Shown piece after piece: positions 1-5,524 of a DNA stretch of 6,835 nt (within the stretch, counting starts at the first letter, position 1; every line of letters begins with the position of its first letter). The notes under the pieces are model-generated. The model saw nothing but the letters and a program-made list of their open reading frames with translations, did not search any database and had not been told where the DNA came from. The position numbers and the translations under genes were made by a program. Origin of the DNA: Fonticula alba ATCC 38817 (taxonomy: Eukaryota; Protista; Nucleariida); NCBI GenBank assembly GCA_000388065.2, contig KB932204.1; one strand, written 5' to 3'.

Positions 1-14
1 CCCCGCCCCGCCCC
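1..14. promoter_or_regulatory. Tandem GC-box-like motifs (CCGCCC x2)
   Basis: CCCCGCCCCGCCCC upstream of the start codon; weak evidence given the GC-rich background. Confidence 0.2.
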
Positions 15-123
15 TCCGGCCGAGCCTGGTCCAGCCGTCGGCTTGCCTGCCCGCGCATTCCTCGGCCCCGCTGGCTGCACCGTGTGCCGGCCGGACCTGG
101 CGGAGAACCCACCGCAGCGCGGC

Positions 124-157
124 CGCACGTGCGCGATCGCCTCCCCCCCCCCCGTCA
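124..157. promoter_or_regulatory. Palindromic G-box CGCACGTGCG (124-133) and half-CRE CGTCA (153-157)
   Basis: Motif matches only; no binding data. Confidence 0.25.
143..153 (+). repeat. C11 homopolymer
   Basis: Direct reading. Confidence 0.95.
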
Positions 158-228
158 CTCCCCCGCCGGCACCACGCGAGATACGCGGGGCCGCCTGTCC
201 CAGCCGCGAGCCTCCCCAGGGCGCAGGA

Positions 229-260
229 GCGCGCGCGCGCACACACACACACACACACAC
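229..260 (+). repeat. Compound microsatellite (GC)6(AC)10
   Basis: Direct reading. Confidence 0.97.
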
Positions 261-311
261 AGACCCCGAGGCCGCCTACCATAGGGCGCCTGTCTGGGCC
301 TCCTCCCCGCC

Positions 312-444
312 ATGAACTCCGAGGGCACATTCGGCCAAGGGCCGCACCACCTGCCGATGGGCGGCCAGCACGGCTTGTATTATGCGCCGGCCACGCCCGG
401 CGGGCCGTACGGCGATCCGCTTGACCCGCTTTCCATGATGCAAG
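312..444 (+). CDS. Exon 1 (MNSEGTFGQG...LSMMQ)
   Basis: Start of ORF 312..1208; ends at CAAG|GTGCGC donor, phase 1. Confidence 0.8.
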
Positions 445-587
445 GTGCGCATCGCGCGGCCCGGGCCACTGGCCTGCTGGACCGCCCGGCCGGACACCCA
501 CACACGCGCGGACCTGGGGCTGACACTTGCGCGTGGCGGTCCTCCGGGGTCGCAGGCCCCGACGGCCAGCGTGGCGCCCCGCCGACC

Positions 588-625
<38 letters not shown>

Positions 626-3600
626 CCACGGGCGCATGGTCGTCCAGACGTCCTCCTCGCCGATGCCCAGCGGCCCGGCATATCACCACGCCCTTGCCGG
701 GCCCGGTGGGCACTTTGCCCCGGGGACCGGCGTGTACGACGAGCTGAAGGCCCCGGCCGGGCCTCCCGGCGGCACGGCGCCCGGCCACGGGAAGTCCTCC
801 TCGGCCGACCTGTCCATGACCTTTTCCCCGGTGGACCCGCATGCGACCGGCTATGCCGGGCCCATGTCCGGGCAAATGTACCCCCCGGGCCATTTGGCCT
901 CTTCGCCGTCGGTGGCCGGCCCCGGGGGCTTTGCCCCGCCGCCGGGCGCCGGGCCCATGGTGCGTGTGGTCTCTTCGCGTTGGCGCCCCGACCGCGAGAG
1001 CTGCTACCTCCCCCCCCCCCTGTGTCCCTCTGCCTCGCCCCCTTGCCTTACCACTCGCCAGCTGTGTGTCGATGGTTGCCCTGTGTCGCTGCCTGTGTCG
1101 CTGCCTGTGTCGCTGCCTGTGTCGCTGCCTGTGTCTGTGTCTTGCCGCCCGAACCCTTGCGCCGGGCCAACACCGCGGCCTGCCTGGCCTCGGGGCTGCC
1201 CCTTCTAGGCCCCCCCCCCGCCCCCCCCGGCCTGAGGGCAGCCCCCCGCAATGCTCTCTGTTTCCCCTCGCCCGCCCCCTCACTCACGCACACGCACACG
1301 CACACATGCAAGCAGCTCCCCAACAGCATCATGATCCCCGGCGCCCCCGGCGACCACGGCAAGGACGGCGCCCCCGGGCAATCGGGCGGGCCGCCCGGCG
1401 TCGGGGGGCCGCCGCCCGCGGCCAATGGCGCCGGGCCGGCCCCCTCCTCACATGGCATCACCATCCAGACGTCCGGCTATGGCGGGCTCATGGCGGCGGC
1501 ATCGCGCTCGGCGGCCTACCTGCCCCCGGCCGGGGCCCTTCTCCAGGCCGTCGGCCCGGGCTCCGGGCTGGGCCACGGGGCCTTTGTGTCGGCCGGGCCC
1601 GGGCCGATCCCCGGGCTGTCCGGGCCGGCGGGGGCGGCCTTTGCGGCCGCGGCCGCCGCCGCCGCCGGCGGCTACACCACCCTCCTGCCGGGGGGCCTGT
1701 TCGACCCGATGGCCGGGGTGCCCGGCGGGCCGGGGGTCGTGCGACCCGGCGACCTGGGCGTCATGCCCGGCAGCCTGGCCGACGAGGACTCCACCATGCA
1801 GCAGCGCCGGCAGGAGCGCAATCGAGCGGCCGCCCGGCGCAGCCGCGAAAAGAAGAAGGAGTACCTCAGCGAGCTGGAGACCACCAACCAGGCCCTGCTG
1901 GCCGGGACGCAGGACCTCCGCCGGCATGTGGAGCGCCTGCAGCGCGAGCTGTGCCGCCTGCACGGGGTCGACTTCGACCCGGACCTCGAGCCGGAGGCCC
2001 TGACCCGCCGGCTGCTGGAGCTCGGCAGCGGCCCGGCCGCGGGTAAGGCGGCCGCCCGTCCGGGGGGCCCGGGCCGCGGGGCCACCGGCCGAGCCCCGGC
2101 CCCGGCCCCGGTGTCCGTGGCCCTGGCCGCATGCCCGGCGGCGGCCGGCGCCTCGCCCGACAACGCCAGCGCCGGTGAGCAGGCCAGCGCGGCCATGTCG
2201 CCGCCGGCCGGCGACCGGGCCCCCCCGCCGGCCCTGGACATGGCCCTGTGCCGGGGCCCGGCGACCGGCGCCCCGGTGGCCGATGGCGGCGGCGGCGACC
2301 GGTCGGCCGCCGCCGCCGCCGCCGCGGACCCCGGTGCCGGCAGCTCGGCCCCCGCCTCCGGCCGGGCCTGCGCCATGTCGTCGGGCAGCGGCAGCGGCAG
2401 CCCGGACGGCCGGCCGGCCGGCGGGTCGCCCACGGCCACCGAGTATGCCCCGCTGCCGAGTGCAGGCGGCCAGCACCCGGGCCCGCAGCCGCACCATGCG
2501 TACTATCCGGCGCTCGGGGCCGAGGGCGATGGCCTGGCCACCGGCCAGGGCGCTCCTCTGGCGCACGAGGCAAGCCAGGGCCACCACCACGCGCACGCGC
2601 ACGCGCACCACCACGCGCACGCGCACCCGCACCCGCACCACCCCCAGTACCATCCGGACCGTCTGTACCAGTATGCGCATGGGCACCACCTTGTGTCGAG
2701 CGACGAGCAGCTCGGGTCCTCCTCCTCGTCGCAACACATGGACCTCGACCGCGGGATGTCCTCCGGGCCGGATGAGCTGACTGCCGGTGCGTGCCCTCGC
2801 GTGCCCTTCCCTCCGGGTGCCAGCAGCGTCGCACATGCGTCCCCGCCGGCCGGGGCTCTCCCCCCAGTGGCAGCGGGTCCGAGGGGACCATGCACAGGGG
2901 AGGCCCCGCCCGCGCGTGGCCCTGGCGCCCCCCCCCCCCGCCAACAACACGCCGCCTTCCTACTGACAAGCCCCGGTCACCGCGTCGCACCTTTGCCCCC
3001 CCCCCCCCCGCCCGGTTTGCTGGGGCCTGCGGCACACACGCACACGCAATTATATGCACCCGCGTGCGCGGCCCTCTTCCTCACCCCGGACCCGGCGCTG
3101 CCTCGGCGAAAATCCCCCCACAGGCCTCCCCGGCGGCGTCGCAGCATGGTCCAGCGACGCCGGCCCGGGCGCGGCCATGATCTTCCACGAGCCCGGGCTG
3201 GGCCCCCCGGCCACCGGGCCAGGCGCCGGCTGTGCCCAGCCCAGCAGCACCGGCACCGGCACCGGCACCGGCACCGGCACCGGCAACGCCAGCGACACCG
3301 CCAACACCCCGGCAAGCACCAACCACACCGGCCCGGAAGCCGGCGCCGAGCAGGCCCACATCTCCCCGCCGTGCGCGGGAAAAGACCTCGGCCCGGGGGC
3401 CGGGGGGCTGGCCGAGGCGCCCCCCGGCCTGCCCGGGCCCCAGGCTGACGCGTATGCCCCGGACCCCGGGCCGGAGGCCGATGCCGCCGGGACCCCGGCC
3501 ATGGCGTGCATGCTCTCCGGGCCGGGCCCCGGCGAGGACGCCCCCCCGGAGCCCGGCCACGATGCCGCCGACCGGGAGCCCCCCGGCCCCGGGGAGCCGG

Positions 3601-4581
3601 ACAACACGACCGGCCGCCAGCCGGCCGACCAGGACCCGCCCGAGGAGCAGGCCGAGCCGGAAGCACCGCAGAGCCCCGGGGAGGAGCCCTGCTCGCCGGG
3701 CGGCGCCCCGGGGCACGGGCCCCCGGGCGGGTCCGGCAGCGGGGCCGGCCCGGCCGGCCGCATGCTGAGCCCCATCCCCCGGGGCGCCGGCGGGCCTGGC
3801 AGCAGCTGGACCCCGCCCGGCGGCAAGTCCGGCCTGCTGGCCGCGGCCGGCGTGGGCCGGCGGCGCTTCGGCGGCTCCAACCGCAAGGCAGCCACCGGGC
3901 TCCCCGCCGGGCGCCTGGCCGTGTGTGACATGGCCCTCTCCCGGGCGCGGTACCCGCCGTCGGCGACCGGCTCGTCCGCCTCGCCCGGCGGCATGGGGCT
4001 CCCCTCGGACCCGGCCAGCCCGCTGGTCATGCACCAGCCCCGGGCCGAGGGGGCTGCCAGTCTGGCGGCCACGCCGCCCGGCTCGGGGGCCGATCGCCTG
4101 GCCGGCACCGAGCCGGAGCACGGCGCCCCGGCCGGCCCCTCGGCATACTCGGGCCCCGGCCCGGCCGGCGCACCCCCTTCCCGGCCGCCGACGCCACAGC
4201 AGCCGCAGCCGCAGCCGCAGCCGCAGCCGCAGCAGCACCACGGGCAAGGCGGCGACCTGGGGGGCAAGCACCACCCGGGGCTCATGGCGGCCGGGCAGCA
4301 CCCGTACCAGGCACCGGGCGGCGGCCAGCAGGCGGCCCCGGGCCCCTCTTCGCCGGGGCCCGGCAGCGCCCCCGGGTGCGGCACCGCGTCCGGGCCCAAG
4401 ATCCAGCCCTTGCCGATGGCGGCCCTGACGGCGGCGGCCGCGCACCCGGCCCCCGGCCGGTCGCCAGCCTCCAGCCCGATCGTGCGCTTCCCCCCCGGCG
4501 GGGCGGGAGGCGGCCCGGGCGGGCAGCCGCTGGCCGGGGCCCGGCCCCGATCCCTGGGGCCCGGCGCCGGCGCCACCGCCG

Positions 4582-4618
<37 letters not shown>

Positions 4619-5485
4619 GGCCCACCCGGCCGCCCGGTACATGGACGCCCATGGCGGTGGGGTGTTCTTCCCCCTGCAGGAGGACGGGCCCGGGGGGCTC
4701 GGCGGCAGCGCCAGCGCCGGCGCCCTCGGGCCAGGGTCCGCCCCCGGGCCCGGCAAGCTGCCCAAGTACCTGTACGGCCTGGATGGCGATGCCCTCGGGG
4801 TGGACGATCTGACGCAGAGCGCGCCGGCCGATCTGGCCGGCATCGTCTACCGGGCCCGGATGATGGAGGGGGCCGGGCATGCCGGCGGCAGCGCCCTGGC
4901 CACCACCATGACCGCGTCCTCCAGCTCCGGCGCCCTGGCCGACTCGATGGAGGATCTCCGGGCCCCGGCGGGGGGCCGGTCATCCGGGCATGCCTCCGGC
5001 GTGGCCACCCCGGTGGACGGGGCTCCATGCGCGGGCCCCGGCGGCGGGCCGCGCCCCGGTCCCGCCGGCGACGAGGGGTACTTCTCGCCGGAGGACCACC
5101 TGCACTACCTGCACCGCATGCCCAGCCCGGCCGGCGGCCAACAGCAGCAGCAGCAGCAGCCACCGGGCGTGGGCCCCACCGCCACCACCACCGCCGCCGC
5201 CACCACCACCACCACCCCGGGCCCGGCGGGTCACCTCGGCTACCAGCCGCACCACTCGGCCCAGGAGGAGCCCCCCGGGCCCCCGGGCCCCGGCGGCGAG
5301 TACTACTTTGGCGCCATGGCAGACGGCGCGACGATGGAGACGCTGCGCTCGGTCCCCGGGGCCGTGCCCGACACCGGAAGGTACTTCTTCCAGGAGGACT
5401 CGCTCGAGGGGGGAGGCCCGCCGGACGCGCAGCCCTATCCCCTCCATCCGCACCACCTCCACCACCACCTCCACCAGCCCCACCC

Positions 5486-5524
<39 letters not shown>

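Larger units (their letters stand above)
960..1315 (+). other. Intron 2 (356 nt; 353 nt if AAG at 1310-1312 is used)
   Basis: GTGCGT donor, poly-C runs, 12-bp tandem repeat, CTCAC at 1279-1283 and 1283-1287, no AG in 1242-1310, AAGCAG acceptor that joins phase 0 to the bZIP frame. Confidence 0.85.

Noticed and set aside
43-315. Upstream ORFs 43..315 and 84..284
   Set aside because: They begin at TTG/GTG, there is no ATG in 1-311, and the peptides are translations of microsatellites (ARARTHTHTH).
1080-1135. 12-bp repeat as a CRISPR-like array or mobile element
   Set aside because: Head-to-tail identical units with no spacers; no transposase, target-site duplication or complex terminal repeat in the window.
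1940-2025. HAC1/XBP1-type non-spliceosomal intron between CTG/CAGC (1937-1943) and CGG/CAGC (2023-2029)
   Set aside because: Excising 86 nt would give ...ERL-QRPGRG-stop. However, the second motif pairs better with GCTGCTG 2011-2017 than it forms a loop, the first cut falls inside the zipper, and the bZIP is not near the N-terminus as in Hac1/XBP1.
2043-2180. Donor-like GTAAGG (2043) and GTGAGC (2175) in exon 3
   Set aside because: No matching branch, CA-rich tract or acceptor follows, and the frame stays coding-like through them.
527-3448. 973-aa ORF as a single-exon gene
   Set aside because: It starts at a TTG inside intron 1, reads exon 2 out of frame (CAG tract as polyAla), and runs through introns 2 and 3. 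Only 1316-2786 looks coding.
3858-3893. RRRFGGSNRKAA as a second, degenerate bZIP basic region
   Set aside because: It lacks the R/K eight residues after Asn and has no heptad leucines. At most it is an NLS-like basic patch.
3050-4843. 597-aa minus-strand ORF in a shifted frame
   Set aside because: Stops in this frame need sense T|TA, C|TA or T|CA across codon boundaries, which are scarce in this Tyr-poor, G/C-ending region. No domain is recognisable.
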